Shown: positions 18,906 to 31,784 of the stretch, one piece after another
How positions within the stretch are numbered: position 1 is the stretch's first letter
Layout: every line of letters starts with the position of its first letter
Assembly: GCF_021028975.2 (NCBI RefSeq)
Contig: NC_059430.1
Location: 89,218,001 to 89,282,000 of the forward strand
Reading direction: 5' to 3'
DNA: 64,000 nucleotides
DNA from: Sphaerodactylus townsendi
Taxonomy: Eukaryota
Translations under genes and position numbers: made by a program
The notes under the pieces: generated by a model
Told to the model about the DNA's origin: nothing
The model's input: the letters and a program-made list of their open reading frames with translations, nothing else
Database searches by the model: none

Positions 18906-21900
18906 GTATATCTGTCACTGATATTACCCCCTCCCCCTTTTAACTTGGAAAATGATGAAATCAGCATTAGGGAGCCCTATTAACTGATTTAATTTTTAAA
19001 ATGTTAATTCATTTTTATTATTTGTTTCTTAATTTGTTGACTATTGGGTATTATGTTTGTCGTTAGCTGCCCTGAGCCTGGCTTGTAATGGGAAAGGGCA
19101 GGGTAGAAATCTAATAAAACAGAATAAATATTGTCAAGCATACATCTGTGTGGTATGGTAAATATGGGGTGCAAGATCAAGAGAGTTCCTTTGATGAGAA
19201 CTTGATGGCCATGAACAGGCAGCCCTTGGAAGAAAACAGACAGGCAACTGTCTCCCCAGTCAACAAATAAATGGCCAATTTTGACAAATGGAAAAACAGG
19301 AAAATGTTCTACTTTTCCTAAAATGTGTCACTCTCCCACTTCCCACATAAACAGAATAGCCAGCAGTTCCATCTTTGTGAATAATGGCGAAGTAAACTAA
19401 ATGAAGCTGCTGGGTCCCTTGAGAGTGACTGAAGACACAAAAGCATTGGTAACGAATTCATTATTTCAGAGGAGTTCAAAGCAGCATTTTAGTCCAACAG
19501 TCATGGGTAAGGCCAAAAACAATAGGTTGGATTCCACTCACACATATTTTTTCCTCCAATAAAAGATGCTTTCCTGTGATGCAAGAAGAACTTGCAGAAA
19601 CATTTGACTGACACAAATTAACATTAACTAACAAAGCACCACATGTAGCAAAAATAAATAAAAAGAACAGATAAAGAAAAATAAAATGAAAATGTGTTAT
19701 GCACCACAATTGAATTGCTGTGTACCTCAATTGAATTTTTCCACAACCACAGCCTCTTTATTAAAGATGGTATTCATTTAGATTTTATAAACATATTTCA
19801 TTGCCAGGGTTTTAGTTACCACAAGGGTTTTGTCTTCCTCTTAAGTGCTAACTGAATTGATTCATAGGTATTAGAGCTTATCAACAAAGGCATTTATAAA
19901 ATTCAGTAGCGAGTCCATCTGTCCCAAGAGCTTTGTTGGTTTTCACTTAGTACTGTAGACAGCTGAAAAGTACTGTTCAGGTTTATGCATATGCAGAGTG
20001 GTTGGTACCGGTAAGTATGTAATAGGATTCATCTATCAACAGACTGGCTCATAGCTTCTCATAACAAAATGTAAAATGTTCCAAAATATTTTCAGGCCAT
20101 GTCACTGAATGTTCACTTCAGTGGGGGACAGAGAGGTCTATTTCAGTGTATGCGTAATACCTTGAGCCATGGTTTTGTCCATTTGTTGCCAAATTAAGAA
20201 TACTTGTGTTTTACAAAACTCAATCTTTTTCCTGTTGATAATCATTTTAATTTTCAGTTGAGTTTTGAGGTAAACTGATCTTCCATAAAATTCTAGTTTC
20301 TTTCTCCAATATAATTTATTTTGTCAAATGAGCATTTTTGCTCAGAGCCATTTAAAAGTTCTCTTTTTCATGGAAATTGTTTACCAAATGCAGTATTCCA
20401 GGTCATGAAACTCCAGGCGTTACATTAAAATAAGACAAAAAGACAAGTGAGGTTGTTGTTTGTTAAAAAAACACTTCCTTCACTTTCTTCCCAAAAACCT
20501 AATTTGTTTTCTGAACGCCTTCAGCTGGAACATGCTGAAGAATATTGTGATACTGCAAAGAGAGAAACTTCCAAAAATCATCTGCCTCTGAAGATAAAAG
20601 GGTTAAAAAGGAAACCAAATTCAGTATTACTCTCTCAACAGTTTATGGCGAGTCACATCTACAGCTTCCACCTCCCAAAAGAGCTGCATGATCCCATATA
20701 TTCCATTAACCCAAACGCACACATGCAGAAATATATCTAACTACTGCTAATATATTACAGTGACTTTTTAAAAATTACCAGATGACAGCTGAGCTTGTAG
20801 AGTTGCCTCTTCCTAACGTGGCTGAGCCTAACCAGCTCTGGTGGATCTGGAGTTAGGTGAAGGGCTTTTCTCTTGGCCTTCTCACTCTCTTCTCAGCAGT
20901 AGGAGGAGCAGCTTGGCTGAGAAAGTGAGATTGTCAAGGTGCTTGGAGGACAGCAAGAGGGCCATGGAGCAAGGGCAGTGTGGTACACTGGTGTTGTTGA
21001 TTGAGGGACAACTCCCAGAGGCTCTCTAGAATGGACAGGCTCAGGTCTTGTGACCATAACTGGAGGAAGTGGCCTGGTTAGTTAGTTGGATCTTGTACTC
21101 CAATGTACATAGTCCTTAAGTGCTGCTGTCTCCAGAATGAATCCCTTCCCTGCATAAAGGCATAACATGAGTGGTTTCTGCACAGCAGCAATAAGACAGC
21201 TGGGGAATGTTTTAAAAAGAGGCAACTTCTTTTTTTTCCAGTCCAGACAGCACACATAAGACGTGCTGGGGATATCTTAGAAAAAGCACCCTCTCATTTT
21301 TGGGCCAGACAGCACAGGCTTCAGACAAGAAAACAGTATTTTTCCCACTCAACTGTTAAGCTCTCTGGTCAGTTTCCTCCACAGCTTGTGCCTGACACTT
21401 TGTGTGCTGATGAAGGGATTCTCCCTGCCTCCATTTGCTGAAGGTTGCCCCAGGATGTTTGCTCTGCAGTCTCCAATCCTGGTTGTACTCAGCTTTTCCT
21501 GTCAATTCTGGCAATATATAGTTTTCCTTTAAAACAAAATTTTTAATGAGGTGTCTGTGAAGAAATGAAGACATGCTTAAGCAAATCTTAGCCACTTGGA
21601 GAACTGGTCTACTACCCATTAAGAAGCATTGGGTAGACCTGGCCTCTGTGGTCCCAGTGCTGATTCTGATGTAATCTTGTCCCCATCCTGATAGATTTAA
21701 TGAAGCAGTGGTTGTTGATGTTTATGTCATCCTAACTAAGCACTAGATTAAAATCAGAACAAGCCCTGATAAGGAATAAGTGAAACTATTTCATAACAAC
21801 CTGTGCTGCTTTGGAAAGTTCACAATATTGCATAATGTCAGTTAAAAAAAATTGGCAATGGATTTACAGCATTTGGCTCTACCACCATCTAGAGGTCACT

Positions 21901-22399
21901 AAAAGCATGCCTTGACAAATGTTCTTGAACTAGAAGCTGGTCTCAAAATTTAGAATCCAAAATTGAGAAAACAAAAGAACATATATTATTTGGACAGAAA
22001 CACATCATGCAGTCACAGCAGGTAGGCAGGGCTACCAGTAGACTGGAATATCAAGTTACTGTTTGTGTATGCTGCCCAGTTACTTGCAGCATATGGTGAC
22101 TCTATGAATTAATGACCTCCAAAAATGCCCTATCATTAACAGTCTTGCTCAAGTTTTGCAAACTGATGGCTGTGGCTTAAGGTTTATAACACTGAAAAAC
22201 TATTATACTGAAACACATTATAGCATATAAATTATCACCAAAATTATTTAAACAATAAACCAATATTAAATAAATTATTAATAAAATAAAATTATTAAAA
22301 CATTAAAATTATTAAAATTATTAAACCAATAAACATATCCTTGAAAATACATTGTATGTGTAAGGTTATATCAGCATTAAGGTTATATTATCTTACATT

Positions 22400-22638
22400 C
22401 TAATAGTGAAGTTGAGCTCAATCCCAACAGAAGTCAATTTCAGGTAGCTTTTGACTTGGGCTTTTATCCTTCCAAGGTCAGTAAAATTAATATCCAGCTT
22501 GCTGGGGGGTAAAGAGTAGGTGAATAGGGAAGGCAATGACAAACCACCCCATAAATATAGTCTGCCTTGTAAATATCATGATGTGACATCACCCCAGTAA
22601 TGACTCAGTGCTTGCACAGTGTCATTACCTTACCTTTA
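22400..22638 (+). mobile_element. Sauria-type SINE, decayed
   Basis: CCTTCCAAGGTCAGTAAAAT core, GGCAATGACAAACCACCCC, TACCTTACCTTTA tail. Confidence 0.6.
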
Positions 22639-22829
22639 GTGATGTTAATGGCTGCTGATCAGTTTGAATCTTGTGGTTTCAAAAAATTCAATGCAAACCT
22701 GTTCAGTAGGTGATCACAGCAGTTCTGCATGAACCAAAGAGGCCTGGAGATCAGCTCACGTCTAGCACCTTTGCGCATAGTAAGTTGACTCTTGAACACA
22801 TTTGTGATTAAATTTGCTGCATTCCTACT

Positions 22830-23355
22830 GAAGAGCACTATTCAGGCTAGTCAAACTTCATCTGGAGTACTGCATCCACTTTGGGTAAATGCCCAATGTA
22901 GATAAACTGGAAGTGGAGCAGAAAAAAGCAGTAAAGATGGAGAGGGAACTGAAAAAAACAAGCACTATCAATAATTTTAAAAAGAACTGGGAATGTTTAA
23001 CTGGAGAAGAAAAGATTACAAAGAAAAATAGTGGCACTCTTCAAACTACTTAAAAGTCTGTCACTTGAAAGACAACAAAGACTCCCCCCCCCCCTCGCCC
23101 CCCTCCAGGGCTCCTAAAGGCAAAAGTAAATTTACTGGGCTTATTACAGGAGGGTAAGTTTTGATTGAACATTAGAAGAATCTTCTGAATGGCCAGTGCA
23201 ATTCATCAGTGGAACCAATTATATGTATGGGTGCGTGGGGGGGGGGGGGTCAGATAGAAGCTAGACATCTATTTGTTGGTAATGCTCAAGCTTTGAATAT
23301 TTTGCACTGAGCAGGAGTTAGACTAATGACAGATAATGTCCCTTTCAATTCTTTG
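22830..23355 (+). mobile_element. CR1 LINE 3' fragment, decayed
   Basis: CTGGAGTACTGCATCCA, GAACTGGGAATGTTTAACTGGAGAAG, GAACATTAGAAGAATCTTCTG and a CR1-type 3' end. Confidence 0.7.
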
Positions 23356-24265
23356 AAGTGAAGTCAGGAAAGGGGACGTAACTTGCTGACTCTTTCCTTA
23401 TCTGATTCTCCTTCCAAGAGGAAATGCGGCTTTACTGCCTACCCTTAAATTCTGGGAATTCCAAAATGGCAGCCATGGTGCAGGTAATGCGAGAGCAGCT
23501 GCAAGATGTATCTTTTGCTTTGGGAACCAAACATTGAAATATACACCAGCATCATACTGGATGATCAGCAGCTGCTAGGTTGCAAACTGATTGTGGAGGA
23601 ACTGCCCCCCCCCCTAAAAAAAAAGCCAGATCGTGTTCTGTGAGAAACTTTGAAGATTAGGGCCAGTGGGTCTGGGAACAGCTTGTCTAGAGTCTCAAGT
23701 AATGCAGGCATCTGATGAGAAATGAAGTAGGACAAATTGGATTCTCCACTGGACAGAAATTAATGTTGAAAATTGGCTGAAATTTCCTATCTCCCCCGCT
23801 CCCTTTCTAGTTTCTGTTTCTCACAGCTGTGGCTTGATGGAAAACTGGCTCTCTGTGTGGCTTGTGCAGTCCTGGTAGCAACATAATTAATGCTAAGCAC
23901 ACAGGCCATTCCCATCTCTAATCAGTGCCTTGCATAATAATGCATGTGATAACAAGGCCCAAGGTATCACAGCTCCAACCAATGTTAAACTTGCACCTTG
24001 TTATTCAGTCAAGGTTTTCCAATAGACCATAGTTTGTTTTTTTCAAAAAGCACACATGCTGGCTTTATTGGTTGTTTATTGAGTAATCTTGAACCTGGCT
24101 GTTCAGCATAATATGATCAGCAAATGCAGGCTGATGCGCCCTCTGATAGTGGTTGAAAGTGCTGTTGAGTAATAGTCAACTTGTTGGAACTCTGTGTAGT
24201 TTCCAAGGCAAAAGATGTTCAGAGGTGTTTTACCATTACCTGCCTAAGATTCTTGCAGATTAAAC

Positions 24266-25189
24266 CAGTGGTGGGATTCTAACAATTTAACCACCGATTC
24301 GGCCGCTCCACCATGTGCCCCTGCCACCGCATGCCCCCTGCCAGCCCCCTCCATTGTCTACTTACCTGTTGCAGAGGAACATCTTGTGGGGGTGGAGGGG
24401 GATCAAGGCCTTGCCACCACTGCTCTGAAAGCCCCCTCACTCCCCTGGGAGAGGGGGCAATGAGCTTTTAGCTCCTCAGAGCAGCCAGGCGGCAAGGCGG
24501 CTGGCTGGTCAGGGACTCTGAAATCCCCCTTGCTCCCTCTCCAGAGGTGTTTCTTGGGAAAATGGCCCCTAGGGCAACAATTGCCCTGGGCACCCCCTCG
24601 GCTGGTGTCTCAGGAAGCTGTGGTTCGGCGCCTGAGCTGCCTGCTGCTGATCAGCAGCTGCTGGACAGCTCTGAGGGCAGGAGCATGCCTGCGGCCATGG
24701 CTCACTGGAAAGTGGCTCAGGTGCTGAGCCGTAGTTTCCTGAGCCACCTGTTAATGAGCCACAGACGCAGGCCAGCTCCAAGGGCTGTGGTTCAGCAGCT
24801 GCAGCTGTGGCCCAGCCTCCTGAGCTGCCTCCTGTTGAGCCGTGGCTGCAGGCCAGCAGTGAGCGGGCCCTTGGCAGGTGGCTCAGGAGACCGCGGCTTG
24901 GTGCCTGAGCCACCCACCGCTGAGCTGCAGCCTCAGGCCAGCTCCTGCCGTTCAGGCAGGAACTGGCCTGTGGCTGCCCGGCACATATGGAACAGCTGGG
25001 CAGCCATCCCCTCCTCCCCCACGCCAACCTGGCTCAGACAAGCTGAGTCGGCATGGGAGAGGCGTGGGGGATGAAAAACCACCCCCCACCCCTCCTCCCC
25101 CTCACCGACACAACCAGTTCACCGAACACAACCAAAAATTGGGTTCAGGTTCTGATGAACTGGTGCAAACCGGCTGAATTCCACCACTG
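24266..25189. mobile_element. hAT non-autonomous element (924 bp; CAGTGGTGGGATTC family)
   Basis: TIRs CAGTGGTGGGATTC / GAATTCCACCACTG; perfect 8-bp TSD GATTAAAC; GC-rich, CAG/CTG-rich interior. Confidence 0.9.
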
Positions 25190-25689
25190 GATTAAACCAG
25201 ATCTCTGCATGATTACTACCTCATGAACACAGGGCCTACATGTGGAGAAAGCCTCTGCACATATATTGCTTCTTTGTGACTGGCAGCATTGGAAAGAAGA
25301 GTCCCCATCAGGATAGATCAGTGTTTGCATAGACAGTTCTTCCATGTTTTCGATCATGCAGACAACCCAGTGGGATGGGGTGGGGGGAGCAGCATGTTTG
25401 GACCCGCTGTCCCTACCCATGCATTCATTCAATGTGAAGAAGAGTTGTGTACAGAAGGCTTTTTAGAGGCAAGAGAGATGATACAAGACTGGGTATGGAA
25501 GGCAGTATTGCTGTTTAACCATCTGTGGACTCTGTAGCTCAGCATGTTCTTGTTTTCCCCTCCTGCTGCTGTCTACTACTCCCTCCCCCAACTTGTTCTT
25601 GAAATATCAGAGATACAGGTGAAGAAAGGAGGAATTCGTGGTACTCAACACTACCTGTTCTCCAATAGAACAATATTTATTATTTTAGA

Positions 25690-26070
25690 CTCAGTGTTGG
25701 AAAGGACTACCAGGGTCATCTAGTCCAGGGGTCTGTAAACTCTGGCTCTCTAGGTGTTCATGGACTACAAAGTGCTGCACATTGGCCATGTTGGTAAGGG
25801 CTGATGGGAATTATAGTCTGCGAACATCTGGGGAGCCAGAATTTGCAGATCCCTGATCTAGTCCAACATCTTGCCAGTGCAGGAAATACAACTAAAATAT
25901 CTGCAACAGTCAGTACTTACAAATCTTCAACAACGAAGAATCCACCACCTCACAAAGGAGACTATTCCAGTGTTGAACACACCTCACCATCAGAAAGTTC
26001 TTCCTCAATTTTAGATGAAACTTCCACGCAACTGGGACTTCGATCCTAATTTCTTTATTGTTGGTATGAG
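25690..26070 (-). mobile_element. CR1 LINE 3' fragment interrupted by a MITE
   Basis: ORF 25910..26116 contains KFHLKLRKNFLMVRCVQHWNSL...EVVDSS (CR1 ORF2 C-terminus); GGTCATCTAGTCCAAC 3'-end motif. Confidence 0.75.
25726..25855. mobile_element. hAT-Charlie MITE (130 bp)
   Basis: TIRs CAGGGGTCTGTAAA / TTTGCAGATCCCTG; perfect TSD ATCTAGTC. Confidence 0.85.
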
Positions 26071-26614
26071 CAACATCTGATAGGGTGAAAGGATTATTTT
26101 TTAGAGATATGGTCAAGATCTACCTTGAGCTAGACTTCACAGGTGAGAAGGATTCTCCCACTATATCTGAGAAGCAAAGAACCTTGTAGTCTCCAGCAGG
26201 AGCTCATCAGCAGGCACCAAACAGGGTTTAGAAGCAGATGGAAAAAACAGGAACCCTTGAATTTACCTTCCTTTCACCCAAGCCCCTCAATCTCCTCCAG
26301 ACCACAAGAAGAAAGTGGAAACTAAGCAGAAGCTTGGTTTGGTATTTTAAAAGCCAATATCATGTACTGCACTCTTTAAATATGCAAAAAGTAACCCATG
26401 GAACTAACCTGAACATCTCAAAAATAGCAAAAACACTGTCTCAAAAGTGACCATCAAACAAGATCCCCAAAGGCAAACATTCAAGCATCCCTATGAAAGA
26501 CATAGATGCCTTTTGCTTCAACAATTCTTTCTAGACCTCTCCTTCTGCCTCAATCTGTCCCTTCCAACAAGGAGTCACAGCTTTGCAGAAGAAAGAGTCA
26601 GTCCCTGAGACACA

Positions 26615-27043
26615 GGCCCCTTCCGCACGGAGGTGGAAGGGGTTGGGTCGGCGTAACCCACGCCGACCCGACGACGCTGGGACCGTCTGCATGGACGGTC
26701 CTGGAACTGGCTGGGACGACTTACCAGTCCCGCGGCCCTCCGGCACATTGCCGAGGCCAGGGGACACGCCCCCTGCCCTGCGCGGCCCCTCCAGGGTTGC
26801 AGAGCAAAGGGGGCGTGTCCCCAGGCCTCGGCGACGCGCCGGAGGGCCGCAGGACTTGTAAGTCGCCCAGTGGGGGGGGGGAAGGTGCTTGGAAGCTGCT
26901 GCCGTTCGCACGGCAGCGGCTCCAAGCCAGCGTTCCAAAAAACCCACGCTGGGAAGCATGGTTTGGGAACGCCGGCTTCGCGCCGGTTGGGCGGCACGAG
27001 GGCGGCGCGGCTGCGCTGCAGCTGCGCCCCCTGTGCAAATGGC
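26615..27043. mobile_element. PIF/Harbinger-like MITE, right end truncated
   Basis: Left TIR GGCCCCTTCCGCACG; strongly similar to 33700..34225 but lacks the terminal hairpin and right TIR. Confidence 0.75.
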
Positions 27044-28028
27044 GTTGTCCTCCTTAAATCCCAAGGCAGAGGTTCTAACAACATATTTTTATTGACTTTC
27101 CCTTCATTGCTACAAGCTGTCAATTCCTTTCCCTAGTTCTGCTCTGATTTCTCATGGACCGTGTTTCCTGAATTTTAAGCAGCTTTGATGGGTGCCAATT
27201 AGCCTGGCTGAATATTACTAACCACCATGTAGCATTTTGCTATAATTCCTTTTGGCCTTACACATTGTGCCTCCGTTCACTTTAATGCAAGGCCCAAAGG
27301 CATCTTCTAGCTCACATGCATGTCTGGCTCTCAGAGCAAAGTTAATGAAGTGGACACAGTTCTGAGAACTCTTGAAACACTATTTGCTTTGTTCGCGGCC
27401 TGCAATATGGAACTGTCCATCAATCACCAAAACGCAATTACTGTTAACCCATTTGTTTTGAATTTTTGACTGGGAGAAGGACAGATTTTCTTTTTTTAAA
27501 AAAAAAAACACAATTCAACCATCCCTCCTAACCTTTAATTTTAGGTTCAGACTGATAGACTTTGATCTCTTGCTTAGAGCTAGCCTTGGCTAAGAACCAC
27601 TTCTCTTTGGAAACTGATAGATTACACAAGTATAGGGGAAAAGGCAATAGAAGAAGGCAAGAATTGCAGGTTAAAATAATGATGTATCAGTCTTGATGAA
27701 ATTACTAGGCATTCTGCTAAAATGGCTGTGAGCTCAATGGAGTTGCCACAAGGAAGGTTTGGATTGGTAAAGATTTCAAATTGGTTCTACCTGATTAGTC
27801 TTCTCCTAAGAGAGACTGAATCTAAACTAGAAATATTTCCCTTCCCCCACATTTAATATTTTGTTATTTGTCAATATTTTTTCTTTTGTTGTTTAAGTCC
27901 AGTTGGATTTTTTAAAGTGGAATAATAACTTGCAGGTCCAGAAAATTTCTGACTACATTTGGGGATGAAAGAAGTTTAAAAGTATCAAATTCCTGATAGG
28001 AACTACAGAAAAAGATTGGGAGGGGGCA

Positions 28029-28163
28029 NNNNNNNNNNNNNNNNNNNNNNNNNNNNNNNNNNNNNNNNNNNNNNNNNNNNNNNNNNNNNNNNNNNNNNNN
28101 NNNNNNNNNNNNNNNNNNNNNNNNNNNNNNNNNNNNNNNNNNNNNNNNNNNNNNNNNNNNNNN
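28029..28163. other. Assembly gap (N run)
   Basis: 135 N. Confidence 0.99.
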
Positions 28164-28425
28164 TTCTGTATGCTAAGGTATTTCCTGACTGTTTCATATA
28201 AAAGCACTAAGAAGCAGCAATTTTTCATTATATATATAAAAATTATTACATTATATATATTATAACATTATTATAAATTATAACATTATATATATATATA
28301 TAAATCTGTTTTTTCCCTTCTGTATGCTAAGGTATTTCCTGACTGTTTCATATAAAAGCACTAAGAAGCAGCAATTTTTCTTTGAAAGTCCCTCCCGACC
28401 CCCCATGCTTTCCATACACGGTCTT

Positions 28426-28733
28426 GGGAGCCGCAGTGGCATAGGAGGTTAAGAGCTCGTGTATCTAATCTGGAGGAACCGGGTTTGATTCCCAGCTCTG
28501 CCACCTGAGCTGTGGAGGCTTATCTGGGGAATTCAGATTAGCCTGTACACTCCCACTCACGCCAGCTGGGTGACCTTGGGCTAGTCACAGCTCTTCTGAA
28601 CTCTCTCAGCCCCACCCACCTCACAGGGTGTTTGTTGTGAGGGGGGAAGGGCAAGGAGATTGTAAGCCCCTTTGAGTCTCCTGCAGGAGAGAAAGGGGGG
28701 ATATAAATCCAAACTCTTCTTCTTCTTCTTCTT
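28426..28733 (+). mobile_element. Squam3-like SINE, full length and well preserved, (CTT)n tail
   Basis: A box TGGCATAGGAGG, B box GGTTTGATTCCC, TGTAAGCCCCTTTGAGTCTCC...GGGATATAAATCCAAACT(CTT)n. Confidence 0.85.
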
Positions 28734-28817
28734 AACCTCAGCAGAAAAAAGGAAGCCCTCCCATTCATGTGTTAGAAAAGTAGTGGGTGGGACAGGCCTT
28801 CTTTTTAAAACAATGTG

Positions 28818-29870
28818 AATCAATCAACATTTATTATGATCAAGAGATCAGTCAATAACAATTTAACAGCACTGTTTGCATACAGTTGTACAATTAATAG
28901 CCACAGATTAAAACTCATTGTGCTGTAATTAATTAAACATTTAGAATATCTCCTTTCTTAGGGACAAAATCTCAGCACAGAATTTGCCACTTTAGAGGAG
29001 CTCATTAGAGTGGTCTGCAAGGAGGAGATACATGAAGAATTTATCTTCCGGGGACCTTGGATAGGGTAGGGGGTGAGATATGTGAAATGCATGTCCTTAT
29101 AAAATGGACAGTATAATAACACATGTTCCACTGTTACAACTGTGTACAACTGGCAGGAACACAGACACTGAGGGCAGGAAATACATATCTCCCTTCCAGT
29201 AATGCTAAGGGCAGTCAATTACACTAGGCTGTGGGGGAAAGCACTTCAATTTTTGGGAAATTCTACAATTTCAAGATAGTTTGCTGGCATAAAGTTTTGG
29301 CTATGTTTCCCTGCTGCTGGATGGAGATCTGCCTGAGTTCTATCAGCCTGAAGCACTTTATCCCAGATTTATTGTTTTGCTAAGAGGAGAAGGCAAGAAG
29401 TTGTTAATTGTCAACAGCATCCCATCCAACCTGAGTTGAAGCTATTGAAAAGAATTAAGGTGTTAATCCAGATGGGTTAAGGTTTAGCGTGAGCCAAAAC
29501 TATCTGGTCTGATACCAACTATAAGCTTCAAATGACATCTACCCTGATCCCATTCTAAGAATTGCATTTGGTATACCAAAGATGCATCTAAGGAATTTAG
29601 ATTTGTTTCCAAGGAATAGAAGTATTTGCATAAACAGATTTGTGAACTGTGACAGTTGACATTGTCACTTTAATGTGGAAAACTTTAATTACATAGGGAA
29701 TATGTGAACTTTGAGCAGAAAAATCTCAGAATAGCTGATGGGCACTCTCAGTAAACTGGGCCATCTGAGCCCTCTATGAACCTGTCAATTGAAACACTAT
29801 TCCTAGGTATGTGAAGATCTTCACCTGTTCTATGGTGTGTCCATCTATTTGTTATAACAGTTTTATTAAG
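28818..29870 (-). mobile_element. Old RTE-X-like LINE 3' fragment
   Basis: ORF 28958..29218 retains C-x-C...VEHVLLYCPFY, a zinc-knuckle remnant like that in 48186..49091; AATAAA + TGAT-type tail on the minus strand. Confidence 0.6.
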
Positions 29871-30395
29871 TATATTTTTAATCTGTTAGCCTTCTTCATG
29901 AAAGTTAGGGTATACATTTTGTAAAATCAAAAATTAATGGTACATGAGTTATGACCCACAAGCTGAGGTTACAGTAGCACTAGGTGTAGCAGCTTGTAGC
30001 TCTTTCTAATGTTGGGTATACTTGCAAGATTTCATATTGAAAATGAGGGGGATGTATTTTTTAATTCCATAAATATATCAAATATTATTCCGTAAATATA
30101 TCAAATAAATACCTATATACTAAGTTATAAACAATTTTATGTTGTTAAAGATAGGAAAATAAGTCTTGCATATATTTCAATCTTGTCCAAAATTTCTGCC
30201 CTCTCCACCCCTCCCCAGAGGGAAATGTTTCCTTTCCCTCATGGTTTCAAAATTTCCAGCAATTTTACATCACTAATCGTAGCTATCTCTTATTATGGCA
30301 CAGCTGCAATTATGGCTCAGACACTCTACAGCCCGACCTCTGCTGGCGTAGAAAAACAGGAAGGATGTAAATAAAGTAAAATCAGTGTTATGGAC

Positions 30396-30441
<46 letters not shown>
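30396..30441. repeat. (GA)n microsatellite
   Basis: GA run with one interruption. Confidence 0.95.
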
Positions 30442-30442
<1 letters not shown>

Positions 30443-31784
30443 ACTATTGTCCTAAACATTAAAAAGGGCCCTGAGGCCATAATGGCAATAAATTCCTGAT
30501 TTGGAGGATTGGAACTTGGAAAAAAAGAATGCTGCTCCAAACGCTTTGCTGCTACAAAGCAGATGACTGAAGTTTGCTGGACCTCTGAAAGGCCATGGGA
30601 ATTTCACTAAGATTCATTACCCTTTCAATGTAAAGAACAAGATGTGCTCTGCTTGGATTTTGATTAGATAGTGTCTGAAAGAATAGCTCAAGGAAATTAC
30701 TAGGTGCAAAAAATACATACATGCTTGAGTCACATGTAGTAGAGTCTTTGTCACTAGCATGGAGATAGTACTCTTTGTAGGAATCTTCAAACAACAGAAC
30801 TGTCACAATAGCATTGGCTGTTGGAGGCAGTATAGGGTTGGAGTTGAATTGCTGGATTAAGATGGGAACGTGGGGTCAAATCCCTGTTGTCTCCCACTGG
30901 GCCAAACATGTTTTCTCAGCCTGATCTTCTCCTTTTTTGTGCGGATTAAATAAAGGAAAACTGACCTGATTCCTGGAAGGAAGGATGGGGGCACAAGGAA
31001 AAATGAAAAACAGATAGGCACAGTGATGATGACCAAGGCTGCAGAAATCAGACTGGACTAGAAATAGGTCTTTTTCTGAACTATAAACCACTAAGTTTAG
31101 GAAAGCATCTTAGTATCTAAAACCAAGTAATGCTGAAAGAATTGACTCCCCACCAGCATTATCTATTAGTACAGATAAGCCTGATCTCATCAGTTCTCGG
31201 CAGGGTCAGCCCTGGTTAATAGTTAAATGGAACCACCAAGGAAGTTCAAAGTTGCTACGCAGACCAACCACCTCTGTCCTTCTTTCATTTTGACAACCAT
31301 AGGGGGTTTCTTAATGTTGTCAAAGGAAAGGAGGTTTGGGAGAAAGTGTTACATACAATAAAAAACTGGTCCAATCTGAAATTTGGAGAAATGAGAGTGA
31401 TGCTTAAAGATTCACTCCTGTGGCTGCATCATGGCTTCCATAACTGAATGGGGTATGGATACAACGTCACTGTGTGCGACACATTGTGTGTGAGACTGAC
31501 CAACCAAATTGGATTTCATCAATGTCATGTCATGTTGAATTAAGTTAATTTCTTCCATCAGTGTGTAAAATTTCTTTGGTATCTTTAGGGAAGTTTTTTC
31601 CCCCTGGAAGTTCTCCCCACCATGCAATGTCTGTTAAGTTGACTCTTGTGATAAATATCAGCTTGCCCCCGTGCCTAAAACGTAGAAACATTCCAGGAAA
31701 AAATTCCTGCTTGGACATATTTCTGCTTATGAGATGCACCACTTTTCACAGTACTATGACTTTTCATGCCCTGACTGATGTGGC

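Noticed and set aside
22190-22345. ATTATTAAA-type repeated tract
   Set aside because: Low-complexity AT-rich DNA with no regular repeat-spacer structure.
24530-25177. ORFs of 152-175 aa on both strands
   Set aside because: By-product of CAG/CTG-rich modules inside a TIR/TSD-bounded non-autonomous hAT element.
26506-27136. Cluster of 177-183 aa ORFs (likewise 33553-34275, 240 aa)
   Set aside because: Stop-poor GC-rich MITE sequence with no transposase or other domain motifs.
28426-28500. Possible tRNA gene (A and B boxes)
   Set aside because: No cloverleaf; it continues into a SINE body repeated elsewhere in the window.
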